From the NCBI GenBank assembly GCA_049429145.1, contig JBMTAX010000001.1, positions 1 to 32,918 of the forward strand: a stretch of DNA of 32,918 nt, read 5' to 3'. Source of the stretch: Myxococcota bacterium. GTDB taxonomy: Bacteria > Myxococcota > UBA727 > CAYLZW01. Every line of letters begins with the position of its first letter. Position 1 is the first letter of the stretch. A program made the translations under genes and the position numbers. A model generated the notes under the pieces. It saw only the letters and a program-made list of their open reading frames with translations. It was not told the DNA's origin and searched no databases. Of the stretch, positions 18,150 through 27,382 are shown piece after piece.

Positions 18150-19667
18150 ATGACCGCTCCACGCCCCACCACCCTCGTCGTTGACAGCCCGGCCCGCGAA
18201 GAAACCATCGGCGAGGTCCCCGTCTTCGATGACGATCAGGTCAAGGCAGCGGTCGCACGCGCCCGTGCTGCCCAAGAGAGCTGGGCCGCGTCGGGCGTAA
18301 AGGCGCGCGTCGCTGTGCTGCGCCGGGTGCGCGAGCAGCTTCTCGCGCGCATGGACGAGGTCGCCGAGCAGGTGATGCGCGAGAACGGCAAGGCGAAGGC
18401 CGAAGCCGTCATGCATGAGGTGGGGCCCCTCGTACTTCAGCTGACGTGGCTTCTGAAGCGTGCACCGAAGCTGCTCGCCCCACGAGCTCCCGGGGGTCTG
18501 TTCCCGTTACCGCGCAAGACCCTCATCCACGCCCGTCCCCGTGGGGTGGTCGGGGTGATCAGCCCGTGGAACTTTCCCTTCCTCATCCCCTTCTCCGCCG
18601 CTGTGGAGGCGCTGCTCGCGGGCAATGCGGTGGTGCTCAAGCCGAGCGAGCACACGCCCCTCGTTGCGCTCCTCGGAAAGTCGTTGTTCGAAGCTGGAGG
18701 GCTTCCGCCTGATCTGCTGCAGGTGGTGACCGGCAACGCGAGCACCGGTTCGGCCTTGCTCGAGTCAGGCGTTGACCTCGTGTGTTTCACCGGCAGCGTG
18801 AACGGGGGAAGGCGCGTGGCCCAGCGCTGCGGAGAGCTGCTCGTGCCGTGCGTGATGGAGCTCGGCGGGAAAGCGCCCCTCATCGTCATGGAAGACGCCG
18901 ATCGTGAGCGAGCCGCAAATGCCATTGTGTTCGGAGGGTTCGCGAACGCGGGGCAGATCTGCCTCGGCGTCGAGCGGGTCTACCTGCACGAGAGCCTCTA
19001 CGACGACGTGCTCGCCCGGGTCGCAGAGAAAGTCCGCGCGCTTCGGCAGGGAGACCCCGAGCGTGAAGAGGTGGACATCGGCGCGGTCACCATGCCTGCC
19101 CAACTCGCTCTGCTACAGAGCCTCGTCGACGACGCGCGCGCCAAGGGGGCTCGCGTGATGACAGGGGGCGAACGCCTCTCGCGCCGGGGACGATTCTTCC
19201 CGCCAACGGTGATCGCCGACGCGACCCACGAGATGCGCTGCGTGCGCGAAGAGATCTTCGGGCCCCTCGTGCCGGTGCTGCGCTACCGCGGGGAAGACGA
19301 AGTCGTGCGCCTCGCCAACGACACCCACCTCGGGCTCAACGCCTATGTGTTCGGCCGGGACCGAGAGCGAGCGCGTCACCTCGCTGCGCAGCTGCGTGCA
19401 GGCCAAGTGATCGTCAATGACGTGTTCCTGAACTACGTCATGCCCGAATTGCCTTTCGGGGGTGTCGCAGCCAGCGGCTTCGGCCGCGTCCACGGCGACG
19501 AAGGTCTCCTCGGCATGACTGTTCCCCAGGTGATCGTCGACGACCGTGGTGCGTACGCGCCCTCACAAGACCCGTGGTGGTTTCCCTACGAGGAGAAGAA
19601 AACCGGGCTCATCCTCACCTGGCTGCGACGCCTCATCGGGATTCTCGACGTCACAACCAAGGGTTGA
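18150..19667 (+). CDS. NAD(P)-dependent aldehyde dehydrogenase family protein
   Basis: VISPWNFP, MELGGKAP (catalytic Glu), GQICLGVERV (catalytic Cys) and EEIFGP. AAGGAGG lies upstream of the ATG. Confidence 0.9.
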   Translation: MTAPRPTTLVVDSPAREETIGEVPVFDDDQVKAAVARARAAQESWAASGVKARVAVLRRVREQLLARMDEVAEQVMRENGKAKAEAVMHEVGPLVLQLTWLLKRAPKLLAPRAPGGLFPLPRKTLIHARPRGVVGVISPWNFPFLIPFSAAVEALLAGNAVVLKPSEHTPLVALLGKSLFEAGGLPPDLLQVVTGNASTGSALLESGVDLVCFTGSVNGGRRVAQRCGELLVPCVMELGGKAPLIVMEDADRERAANAIVFGGFANAGQICLGVERVYLHESLYDDVLARVAEKVRALRQGDPEREEVDIGAVTMPAQLALLQSLVDDARAKGARVMTGGERLSRRGRFFPPTVIADATHEMRCVREEIFGPLVPVLRYRGEDEVVRLANDTHLGLNAYVFGRDRERARHLAAQLRAGQVIVNDVFLNYVMPELPFGGVAASGFGRVHGDEGLLGMTVPQVIVDDRGAYAPSQDPWWFPYEEKKTGLILTWLRRLIGILDVTTKG

Positions 19668-19671
19668 AGCC

Positions 19672-20700
19672 TCAAGGTGACGAGGGCAACTCAGCGAGGT
19701 CGAAGAGCTCGTCGCAGGCGGCCGCCACCGGTCGAGCGGCGTGCCCCCAGCAAGTGAACCGCGTCATGGACACGCCGTCTCGGATCAAGCGCACGCGATA
19801 GACGAGGGGAATGCCACCCTCCTCGAAGAACCCTCCGAGGCTGAAGCGTCTGTCATCGCCACCTCCAGTCTCGTCAAAGGGGGCCAGATTGCCTGGAGGG
19901 ACGGCGATCAGCACGCTCGCTAGCTGCTCATGCACCGCGGCGGCGTAGTCATCGCTCGCGTCACGGAGCAGCTCGCTGGCGATCTCTCCGTCGAGGGACT
20001 CGCGATGGGCCATGAACCACAGGTCTTGCTCGAGCCACTGGAGCTCCAGCGACGCTTCGGGGTTTAGGCTGCCGCGGCGCGCCACAGTCCATCCCGGCGG
20101 CAGTGAAGCGAAGCGAACGGGAAGGGTCTCGTCGTCGAGGAGATAGGGTGCGGTCACCGGGAGTGCGCTGACCGCCGCCGTGAAGCGAAACGTGCTGTGC
20201 TCGAGCTGCTCGCTGAGGCGCCGTAGCCCCTCGGCCTCGACAAGCGGTCCCGAGATCACGAGTTGCACATTGTGATCGCTGGTCGCTGTGTGGAGGTTGA
20301 TGAGGAGCATGCGCTCGCCCTCTACGTCGAGCACGAACTCCGTGCGGCGCGCGGGGATCGCCCCGAGCCAAGCATCCCTCTCGCGTACGAGCTCGGTGGG
20401 CAGCGCGGAGGCAGCGGCGTTGCGGCGCACCACCTCGTCGAGCACCGCAAGGTCCACCGCGGGTTGGTCGAGCACCACCCCCACCACCCAGTCGCGCTCG
20501 CTCCAAGCGAAGAACCGATCGTAGCTCTGGTTCGGACGTTCTCGCTCCGCGAACTCGACCGGAAGTTCGAGGGTGTAGAGGCCGCTCGTCGACGTGTAGC
20601 TTCGGCCCTGCAGGCTGGCTTTACCGATGCTTGCGCAGGCAGAAGCGATCACGGCGCAGAGCACACAAGGGAATAGCCGCAGGGAACGGGGCAAGAACAT
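19672..20700 (-). CDS. Hypothetical lipoprotein
   Basis: N-terminus MFLPRSLRLFPCVLCAVIASAC is lipobox-like. 342 aa with good GC3 bias. I recognise no family. Confidence 0.6.
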   Translation of the reverse strand: MFLPRSLRLFPCVLCAVIASACASIGKASLQGRSYTSTSGLYTLELPVEFAERERPNQSYDRFFAWSERDWVVGVVLDQPAVDLAVLDEVVRRNAAASALPTELVRERDAWLGAIPARRTEFVLDVEGERMLLINLHTATSDHNVQLVISGPLVEAEGLRRLSEQLEHSTFRFTAAVSALPVTAPYLLDDETLPVRFASLPPGWTVARRGSLNPEASLELQWLEQDLWFMAHRESLDGEIASELLRDASDDYAAAVHEQLASVLIAVPPGNLAPFDETGGGDDRRFSLGGFFEEGGIPLVYRVRLIRDGVSMTRFTCWGHAARPVAAACDELFDLAELPSSP

Positions 20701-20799
20701 GGGGGCACGTATCGCTGGCTCCCGGGGGACGCAATCGATGTGGCTCGGGAATGCGCCTCTCCCTTCCCACTTCGGGGCACTTGTTTTGTTCCCTCGATT

Positions 20800-21093
20800 T
20801 CACAGACCGGCAAGTAAGCGCTTCTGCGCCGCGGGCAAACGCTTGATGCGCGCCTCGAGAGAGAGCGCAGCCCCTTTGCTCTCCACCTCCTCGAGAAAAA
20901 CCATCGCTACGACGCCGCGGGCGCGGGTGTAGCGGGCTGCTCGCCCTGCATGATGCTGCGCGAGACGCCGCAGGGGATCGTTTGTGGCGCCACAGTACAA
21001 GGAGCCGTCGGCGCAGGTGAGCAGGTACACGAACCACGACGAGGAATCGGGGCTATTTGTCCCAGCGTCGTCGGTAGGTGCAGCGGCAGCCAT
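20800..21093 (-). CDS. GIY-YIG domain protein (UPF0213/YhbQ-like)
   Basis: WFVYLLTCADGSLYCGATNDPLRRLAQH... is the GIY-YIG motif pair, with a downstream Arg/Glu core. The ATG at 21093 lies one base after the upstream gene's TGA. The ORF track offers a GTG at 21105. Confidence 0.8.
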   Translation of the reverse strand: MAAAAPTDDAGTNSPDSSSWFVYLLTCADGSLYCGATNDPLRRLAQHHAGRAARYTRARGVVAMVFLEEVESKGAALSLEARIKRLPAAQKRLLAGL

Positions 21094-21094
21094 G

Positions 21095-21514
21095 TCATGA
21101 ACCACGGGCAGGCTCGTGGCTCGGTATGGGCGGGGAGCGCCACCCGACCCCGTGCACCGTGACGTAGCCCTCGGCGCCCGGAGCTGCCTCAGCGCGCAAC
21201 AGGCTCACCCCAACGCTGCAATAACGCGCAGCACGCTCGCGCATCGCTTGCTCGAACATCCACAAAGGGACGGGACGATCGGCTTCGACACGCATGTGCA
21301 CGACGACGGAGTGACCGGATGGCACCGGACCTCGGCGGAGTTCGACGCTGGCAGCGTCACGACATCCGACGCGTTGTGGCTCCCCCTCAGCGCTGGCGTG
21401 CATGCGCAGGGTAGGCAGATCTTGCGTGCCCCGGTGGGCGCCGCACCCCCAAAGTCCGAGCAGGACGATGAGCAAAGTATGACCTCGCCACCGTCGCCAT
21501 CGCAGGGTCTGCAT
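21095..21514 (-). CDS. Small hypothetical lipoprotein
   Basis: MQTLRWRRWRGHTLLIVLLGLWGC is a signal with a lipobox-like Cys. An alternative ATG lies at 21538. The ORF-track N-terminal extension to 21784 overlaps the gdh start region and looks non-coding. Confidence 0.5.
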   Translation of the reverse strand: MQTLRWRRWRGHTLLIVLLGLWGCGAHRGTQDLPTLRMHASAEGEPQRVGCRDAASVELRRGPVPSGHSVVVHMRVEADRPVPLWMFEQAMRERAARYCSVGVSLLRAEAAPGAEGYVTVHGVGWRSPPIPSHEPARGS

Positions 21515-21712
21515 CTTTCCCTCGACGCGTCGCTCCATGGGCCGACGATGCCGGGAAATCTTCGCGGATGCCAGCCCGGGGGACGGCGGTTTATGACGCT
21601 GAGCGTCGTAATGTACATGTGTTTCCTCGAGGAGGAAGCACAGACGGGAGCTGGACGCCATACGCCGCCATGCTAGAGCCGAGGACGAGTCGGGTAGTGC
21701 CCGGAGGACATC

Positions 21713-23047
21713 ATGACGAAGAAGCCAAAGGATGAGTCGACGACACCAGGGGAAGACATCAACCATTCTCTCGACGTCGCCCAATCCGCGAAGGGAGTAA
21801 ACCTCTTCTCAGTGGCGCAGGCGCAGCTCGAGCGTGGCATCAAGGCGATCAAGCTCGACGGCTGGGTCGCTACGATCCTGATGCAGCCCAAGAACGAGGT
21901 CATCATCCACTTTCCGGTGAAGCTGTCGAATGGCGAGGTTCGGCTCTTCAAGGGCTATCGCGTGCAGCACAACAATGCGCTTGGGCCGTTCAAGGGCGGG
22001 ATGCGCTATCACCAGAGCGTCCACCTCGACGAGTGCAAAGCGCTGGCCGCGTGGATGACGTGGAAGTGCGCGCTCCAGCGCATCCCGTACGGTGGTGCAA
22101 AAGGCGGCCTGAAGTTCAACCCGAGCGAGTACAGCAAGGAAGACCTAGAGCGCATCACCCGCCGCTTTACCCATGCCCTCGGCGAGAACATCGGGCCAGA
22201 GTGGGACATCCCAGCACCAGACATGGGCACCAACGCGCAGACCATGGACTGGATGATGGACACATATACCAACGTGATGTCGTCGAGGGACCGTCAAGCG
22301 GTGCGGCGCGTCGTCACAGGGAAGTCGCTCATCTGTGGCGGCTCCCAAGGACGGGAAGCGGCGACCGGGCAAGGCGTCGTCTACTGCATCCAAGAGTGGG
22401 CGAAAGATCGTCGCTTCTCTCTCGATGGTTCCACCCTCGCGGTGCAGGGCTTCGGCAACGTCGGCTCGAACACCGCGCGTATCCTGTCGCGCATGGGTGT
22501 CAGCCTCACGGCGGTGGGCGACCACACGGGCTACTACCGCAACCGTGAGGGCTTCAACCCACACAAGCTCGCCGAACATGTGAAACAGTACCGCTCGCTG
22601 GCCGGGTACCCGGGGGGTGAGCAGATCTCACGTGCGGAGTTCTTCGCCACGGAGTGCGACATCCTCGTGCCTGCGGCCCTCGAGCTACAGATTGGCCTCG
22701 AAGAAGCGAAGGCGATCCGCGCCAAGGTCGTTGTCGAGGCTGCCAACGGTCCAACCGACCTCGAGGGCGAGCGCGTGCTCCTCGAGCGCAACATCGATCT
22801 CATCCCCGATATCCTGGCCAACTCTGGCGGTGTGATCGTCAGCTACTACGAGTGGCTCCAGAACAAGCGCAGCGAGTCGTGGGACCTCGAGGAGGTCGAG
22901 GCGAAGCTCGAGCGCCGCATGAAGAGCACCTACCAATATGTGTCTGAGCGCATGCGCGACCTCGGCACCGACATGCGCACGGCTTGCTACGCGGTAGCAC
23001 TCGAGCGCCTGCGTGACATCTACGAGTCTCGAGGCCTGTGGCCCTGA
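21713..23047 (+). CDS. gdhA: Glutamate dehydrogenase (Glu/Leu/Phe/Val dehydrogenase family)
   Basis: FKGGMRYH, PYGGAKGG (catalytic Lys region) and the GFGNVG Rossmann motif. 444 aa. Confidence 0.92.
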   Translation: MTKKPKDESTTPGEDINHSLDVAQSAKGVNLFSVAQAQLERGIKAIKLDGWVATILMQPKNEVIIHFPVKLSNGEVRLFKGYRVQHNNALGPFKGGMRYHQSVHLDECKALAAWMTWKCALQRIPYGGAKGGLKFNPSEYSKEDLERITRRFTHALGENIGPEWDIPAPDMGTNAQTMDWMMDTYTNVMSSRDRQAVRRVVTGKSLICGGSQGREAATGQGVVYCIQEWAKDRRFSLDGSTLAVQGFGNVGSNTARILSRMGVSLTAVGDHTGYYRNREGFNPHKLAEHVKQYRSLAGYPGGEQISRAEFFATECDILVPAALELQIGLEEAKAIRAKVVVEAANGPTDLEGERVLLERNIDLIPDILANSGGVIVSYYEWLQNKRSESWDLEEVEAKLERRMKSTYQYVSERMRDLGTDMRTACYAVALERLRDIYESRGLWP

Positions 23048-23059
23048 GCCGAAGGGGAG

Positions 23060-23085
23060 CCTCCCCCGTCGAAGGACGGGGGAGG
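23060..23085 (+). terminator. Stem-loop immediately downstream of gdh
   Basis: Perfect 11-bp stem CCTCCCCCGTC/GACGGGGGAGG with a GAAG loop, starting 13 nt after the stop. There is no U-tract. Confidence 0.55.
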
Positions 23086-23183
23086 TGCCCTACGAGCCCC
23101 AATGACGAGCGATGAATGGTGCTCGCTGGCAGCCGGTAAGGCTACAGTGGGGTCCGTGTACCCTGATGGTAGAAGAGGTCCTC

Positions 23184-23924
23184 ATGTACATGCGCCACTC
23201 TTGCCTCGTGATCGCAGCGCTGCTGTCGTCGACCGCCTCGCTCGCATCCCCCTCTGCCGCCGAGGCCGCTCTCGTCTCTTGGGCGCAGGGTGACTCCACC
23301 TTGCTGGCACAGCTAGAGGACGACGCTGACTACGACGAGGAAGAGCTCGAAGAAGCGCCTGAGAAGAAGAAAGTCACAGCGCCGCGCAAGAAGAGCAGCG
23401 GCAGCACGACTGGCGCTACGAAGACCGAAAGGACGTCGAGCACGTCGAAGTCATCTGGAGCCTCCCGCGTCTCGCCCATGGGCCGCACCTTCGGGGTGGG
23501 ACTGCAAGTAGGGGCGCCGACGGCGCTTACCGGAAAGTTCGTCCTCGGGCATGACCGCGCCGCTGTGGTGGGAGTGGGAGCGGGATACGGCTTCTTCCTG
23601 GATCCTGCGATGAGCCTGCACGCCGATTACCTGTACTACCCGTCGTCGCTCTTCCGGAACGAGACCCTTCAGCTCAGTTGGTTCATCGGCGTCGGAGGCT
23701 GGGCTGCCCTCTATCAATCGGGGCGGTACAACTTCGTCGTGCCGGGGGTCACGTACTGGTTCAACTCGCCCGTCTTTTTGGCTGCGCGAGTCCCGATCGG
23801 GGTGAACCTGGCGCTTCGGGAAGCGCCTCTCGAGTTCTACCTCGAGGGCGACCCCGCACTCTCTGTCTTCCCCATCGTCAGCTTCGGCCTCGGCTTCTCA
23901 GCGGGCGCCCGCTTCTACTTCTGA
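23184..23924 (+). CDS. Putative outer-membrane beta-barrel protein with charged low-complexity linker
   Basis: Signal peptide MYMRHSCLVIAALLSSTASLASPSAAEA, then an acidic/Lys/Ser-rich linker, then alternating hydrophobic strands and a C-terminal ...GARFYF (terminal Phe typical of OMPs). Confidence 0.6.
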   Translation: MYMRHSCLVIAALLSSTASLASPSAAEAALVSWAQGDSTLLAQLEDDADYDEEELEEAPEKKKVTAPRKKSSGSTTGATKTERTSSTSKSSGASRVSPMGRTFGVGLQVGAPTALTGKFVLGHDRAAVVGVGAGYGFFLDPAMSLHADYLYYPSSLFRNETLQLSWFIGVGGWAALYQSGRYNFVVPGVTYWFNSPVFLAARVPIGVNLALREAPLEFYLEGDPALSVFPIVSFGLGFSAGARFYF

Positions 23925-24109
23925 GCGGCTGTCAGCTCGCCTCCCGGAGAACCTCACCCCACGGAGTGCGGGAGACCGTAGGGGCGCACAGGGTCATCTT
24001 CTGCCCCACACGACGTCGTAGGGAGGCCAAATGCCCCTTAGATGCGCCCCCCAGGAAGGCACGGCGAGGGCGGCATGGCACACGGCGCAGGGATTGCTTC
24101 GCTCGCCTC

Positions 24110-25525
24110 ATGGCAGAGCGTCACCCCACCCACGTCGAACCCCCGCCTCTAGAGCCATCGGCCTCCCCCGCAGCAGCGAAAGCGGAATGGCCATGGGCGG
24201 CGGTCTCTGCCACCGCATTCTTGCTCGGGCTGTGCGCTCTGTTGCTGGTACCGGTCTGGTTCCAGCGACGAGCGGAGCACCTCACACAAGCACGACAGCA
24301 CGTCCTTGAACCCGCGTCGGCCGCTGCGCGCGCCCTGCACTCCTCGTTGACCCAGCAGGCAACGAGTGTGCGCGCGCTGCTCGTGGCCTCTGAGGACAAG
24401 GAAAAGCCCTTTGCCCAATCGTACCGCCGGGCCCGGGCTGACGAGCAGCGCGCCTGGCTCGTCTTGCAGCAGCACGACGACCGGCTCTCCTCGGAGGCGC
24501 GACGGGCGATAGAAGAGGTGCGTCGCTCGTCGGCGAACTGGCACGTGCTCGCAGAGGCCCTCCTCGCGGAGGGACTGCGAGAGGGACACTACGTGACAGA
24601 GCTCGACGCCCAAGACCGTCGCCTGGGTCAGCTCTTCGACGCCATTGGCAAGCTCAATGCGGTGCTCACCCAAGAACAGCGGGACTTATTCGTAAGGCAG
24701 CAAGCGCTGCACCGAGCGCTCAGCCGAACCACGGTAGCCCTCGCGCTCCTGAGCCTCGTCCTCTGGCTCGTCACTATAGGTCTCCAGCGACGAGCCCGAC
24801 GCGCCGCACAGGAAAGAGAAGCGCGGCAGGAGAGCGATCGCATCGCGAAGGACCGCGCCGACGTGCTCGCTTTTGTCAGCCACGATCTCAAGAACCCTCT
24901 CGCCGCCATCGAGCTGGCCGTCCACAGCCTGCGCTCCTCATCGACGATGGTGGATGCCCGAAGCGAACGGGCCCTCGCGAGCATCGAGCGTTGCGCCAAG
25001 AGGATGGGCCGCCTCATTCGCGGGGTGCTCGACACGGCCCGGTACGAAGCTGGCCGCCCGCTGCAGCTCGACACACGGCCGACCGCCCTGGGCCCGTTGC
25101 TCGAACGCGCGCAGAATGAAGCTCGTCCACGAGGCGAACACGTCGACATCCGGATCGATGTCGACGACAATCTCCCACCCCTGCAGGTTGACCCAGTGCG
25201 GGTCGAGCAAGCGATCGTCAATCTTCTCGAGAATGCGGTGCAAGGGAGCCCCGAGGGAGCGGAAGTGAGTCTCGAGGCAAGGCGCCGGGTCGATGACCGC
25301 GTAGAACTGTGTGTGCACAACGAAGGGGAACCGCTCGCTGCAGAAGTCATCGACACTCTGTTTCGACCCTTCTGGCGCACAGGGAAAACGGGCGGAGACG
25401 GTCTCGGGCTTGCCATTGTGAAGAGCATCGCGCTTGCCCACCGCGGCGCGGTGTGGGCGACGAACCCGCCCGAGGGCGGGGTGACCTTTCACCTCACGCT
25501 TCCCGTGGCGCCTCCCTGGCACTAG
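24110..25525 (+). CDS. Sensor histidine kinase (two TM segments flanking a helical periplasmic domain)
   Basis: H-box FVSHDLKNPL, N-box NLLENAV, and G-boxes GDGLGLAIVKSIA. I chose the ATG at 24110 ahead of TM1 (WAAVSATAFLLGLCALLLVPVWF). The start is uncertain. Confidence 0.85.
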   Translation: MAERHPTHVEPPPLEPSASPAAAKAEWPWAAVSATAFLLGLCALLLVPVWFQRRAEHLTQARQHVLEPASAAARALHSSLTQQATSVRALLVASEDKEKPFAQSYRRARADEQRAWLVLQQHDDRLSSEARRAIEEVRRSSANWHVLAEALLAEGLREGHYVTELDAQDRRLGQLFDAIGKLNAVLTQEQRDLFVRQQALHRALSRTTVALALLSLVLWLVTIGLQRRARRAAQEREARQESDRIAKDRADVLAFVSHDLKNPLAAIELAVHSLRSSSTMVDARSERALASIERCAKRMGRLIRGVLDTARYEAGRPLQLDTRPTALGPLLERAQNEARPRGEHVDIRIDVDDNLPPLQVDPVRVEQAIVNLLENAVQGSPEGAEVSLEARRRVDDRVELCVHNEGEPLAAEVIDTLFRPFWRTGKTGGDGLGLAIVKSIALAHRGAVWATNPPEGGVTFHLTLPVAPPWH

Positions 25526-25534
25526 TGCGATGGG

Positions 25535-26308
25535 CTACGGCGCCTCGAACAGACTGCGCTCGAGCGCTTCGTTTTTCTCCACACCCCTCGTCACGGAGCG
25601 GCGCAGCAGACGATCGCCGACCCACCACTCGACGGTCTTCGGAAACCAGCTGCCCCCCTCGGCCGAACCATATCCAAGGAGACGCACCTCGCGGCGCTCC
25701 TCGGTCGTCCCGCGCTTTTCGAACGTGACGACGCGCAGGAGCTGCAACGTATCTTTGTCGACCCAGACCTGCGGCTTGTCGTTCTCCCACGGTTTCGAGC
25801 CGATGAGGTAGGCGACACGCCCATCGAAACGCGCGAAGGAGACCACGCCCGTGTCGATCTTCAGCTGCCGCAGGTCGAGCATGAGGCGTTCCGCGATCTC
25901 TTTGCGCTCGAGAGGCGCTCCGCCCCCCAAGAAATCCGCGACGAGGTCAGCCTCTGGCTTCTTGGTCTTGGGCTTCTCCCCGGGCCGCAGCAAGACTTCC
26001 TGCTTGGTCGTGCGAATGCGCACCTCGGGACCGTTGTCGAACTCGAGCTCCTCGCGCCACGAGAACGGCGCCAGCACCCAGGTGCGCTGGGGCACGCTGA
26101 GACCACGAGGAGCGCTCTCTAGTCCATAGAGCGTCGTCTCCTGCGTGACCCGTAGGGTGCGCACCTCCCGCTTCAGTTGCTTCTGTGCCGCCTGGGCGAG
26201 GAGCCAGGGGGTGCTCGGACGAAATGCGCTCGCGGCGGTCGCCCCGACGAGCAGGAGAACGACGGTGAAGAGCGCTGTGGCGCGCCTACCCGCGGGGAAA
26301 ATCGACAT
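25535..26308 (-). CDS. Secreted LolA-like / outer-membrane lipoprotein-sorting-like protein
   Basis: Signal peptide MSIFPAGRRATALFTVVLLLVGATAASA. The C-terminal pattern VWVDKDTLQLLRVV...GSWFPKTVEWW...LERSLFE resembles LolA-like fold families. This assignment rests on memory only. Confidence 0.5.
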   Translation of the reverse strand: MSIFPAGRRATALFTVVLLLVGATAASAFRPSTPWLLAQAAQKQLKREVRTLRVTQETTLYGLESAPRGLSVPQRTWVLAPFSWREELEFDNGPEVRIRTTKQEVLLRPGEKPKTKKPEADLVADFLGGGAPLERKEIAERLMLDLRQLKIDTGVVSFARFDGRVAYLIGSKPWENDKPQVWVDKDTLQLLRVVTFEKRGTTEERREVRLLGYGSAEGGSWFPKTVEWWVGDRLLRRSVTRGVEKNEALERSLFEAP

Positions 26309-27178
26309 CGTGCAACAGCTCCCGGAGCAGGGTCAGAGTCCCAGCCCGCAGTTCATCCCGAGACAGCGCCTCGAGGAGGTTCGCGTGCAGGTAGCCGAGC
26401 TTGTCGCCGGCGTCGACAAACGACAGCCCATCAGCCCTTCGGTCGCGAGCAACGACGCGAGCGCATCGGTCAACTGGATCTCACCGCCGTTGCCAGGAGC
26501 GGTCTCGGTGAGGATGGCCCAGATAGAAGCGGGCAACACGTAACGCCCGATGACCGCTTGGTCGGTCTTCTCGGTGCCACGGGGAGGTTTCTCGACCAGG
26601 CGAGTGATGCGGAAGCTTCGCTCATCCTCGGGGTCTCGCTGCCCTTCGGCGGCACCGTACTTGTGCACCTCTTCGCGCGGCACAGTCATGAGGGCCACCT
26701 GACCAACCCCCGTGCGATGAAAGGCCTCGATGAGCTGGCCGATGCAAGGCCCCTCAGCGGGGGAGGTGCGGACGATGTCGTCGCCGAGCAATACCGCGAA
26801 GGGGTTTTCCCCGACGAGGGCGCGCCCCGTGAGCACCGCGTGCCCAAGGCCGAGGGGCGCCTTCTGCCGCACCGAAGAAATGCGGCCCATGTCCGCGATG
26901 GCGCGCAGACGTTCTACCTCGTCGCTCTTGCCTCGACGCCGGAGCGTATCCTCGAGTTCGTAGCTGTAATCGAAGTGATCCTCGATGGCGCTCTTGTAAC
27001 GCCCGGTGACGAGGACGATATGCTCGATTCCCGCCGCGAAGGCCTCCTCGACGATGTATTGCAACGTTGGCTTGTCGACGATGGGGAGCATTTCTTTCGG
27101 GATCGCCTTCGTCGCAGGCAAAAAACGTGTGCCGAGCCCCGCCACGGGAATGATCGCTGTCTTCACCGTCACCGCCAC
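26287..27178 (-). CDS. galU: UTP-glucose-1-phosphate uridylyltransferase GalU, with an apparent 1-nt frameshift near 26427-26430
   Basis: AIIPVAGLGTRFLPATKAIPKEMLPIVDKP, VLLGDD and GEIQLTD. The uninterrupted ORF is 26333-27178. The conserved C-terminus (SFVDAGDKLGYLHANLLEAL...) is in another frame that ends at TAG 26287-26289. GGAGGGAGGG lies upstream of the GTG start. Confidence 0.88.
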
Positions 27179-27382
27179 ACCCTCCCTCCGTTGATAGACG
27201 GGCTCCCCTCATGCGCTCCGGTCGCCTTAGCGCATGAGCCATCGTCATCGCGGTCCCCTGCCTCGTTCATCGTGCATCGAAGCCCACAGAGACGGGGACA
27301 CGGAATGCTCCCGGCGACGCCCAGCGGTGCCGTCGGTGCCCGAGGGAAAGGCCACACTGGACCTCGTCGTGGCAACTTGGTC

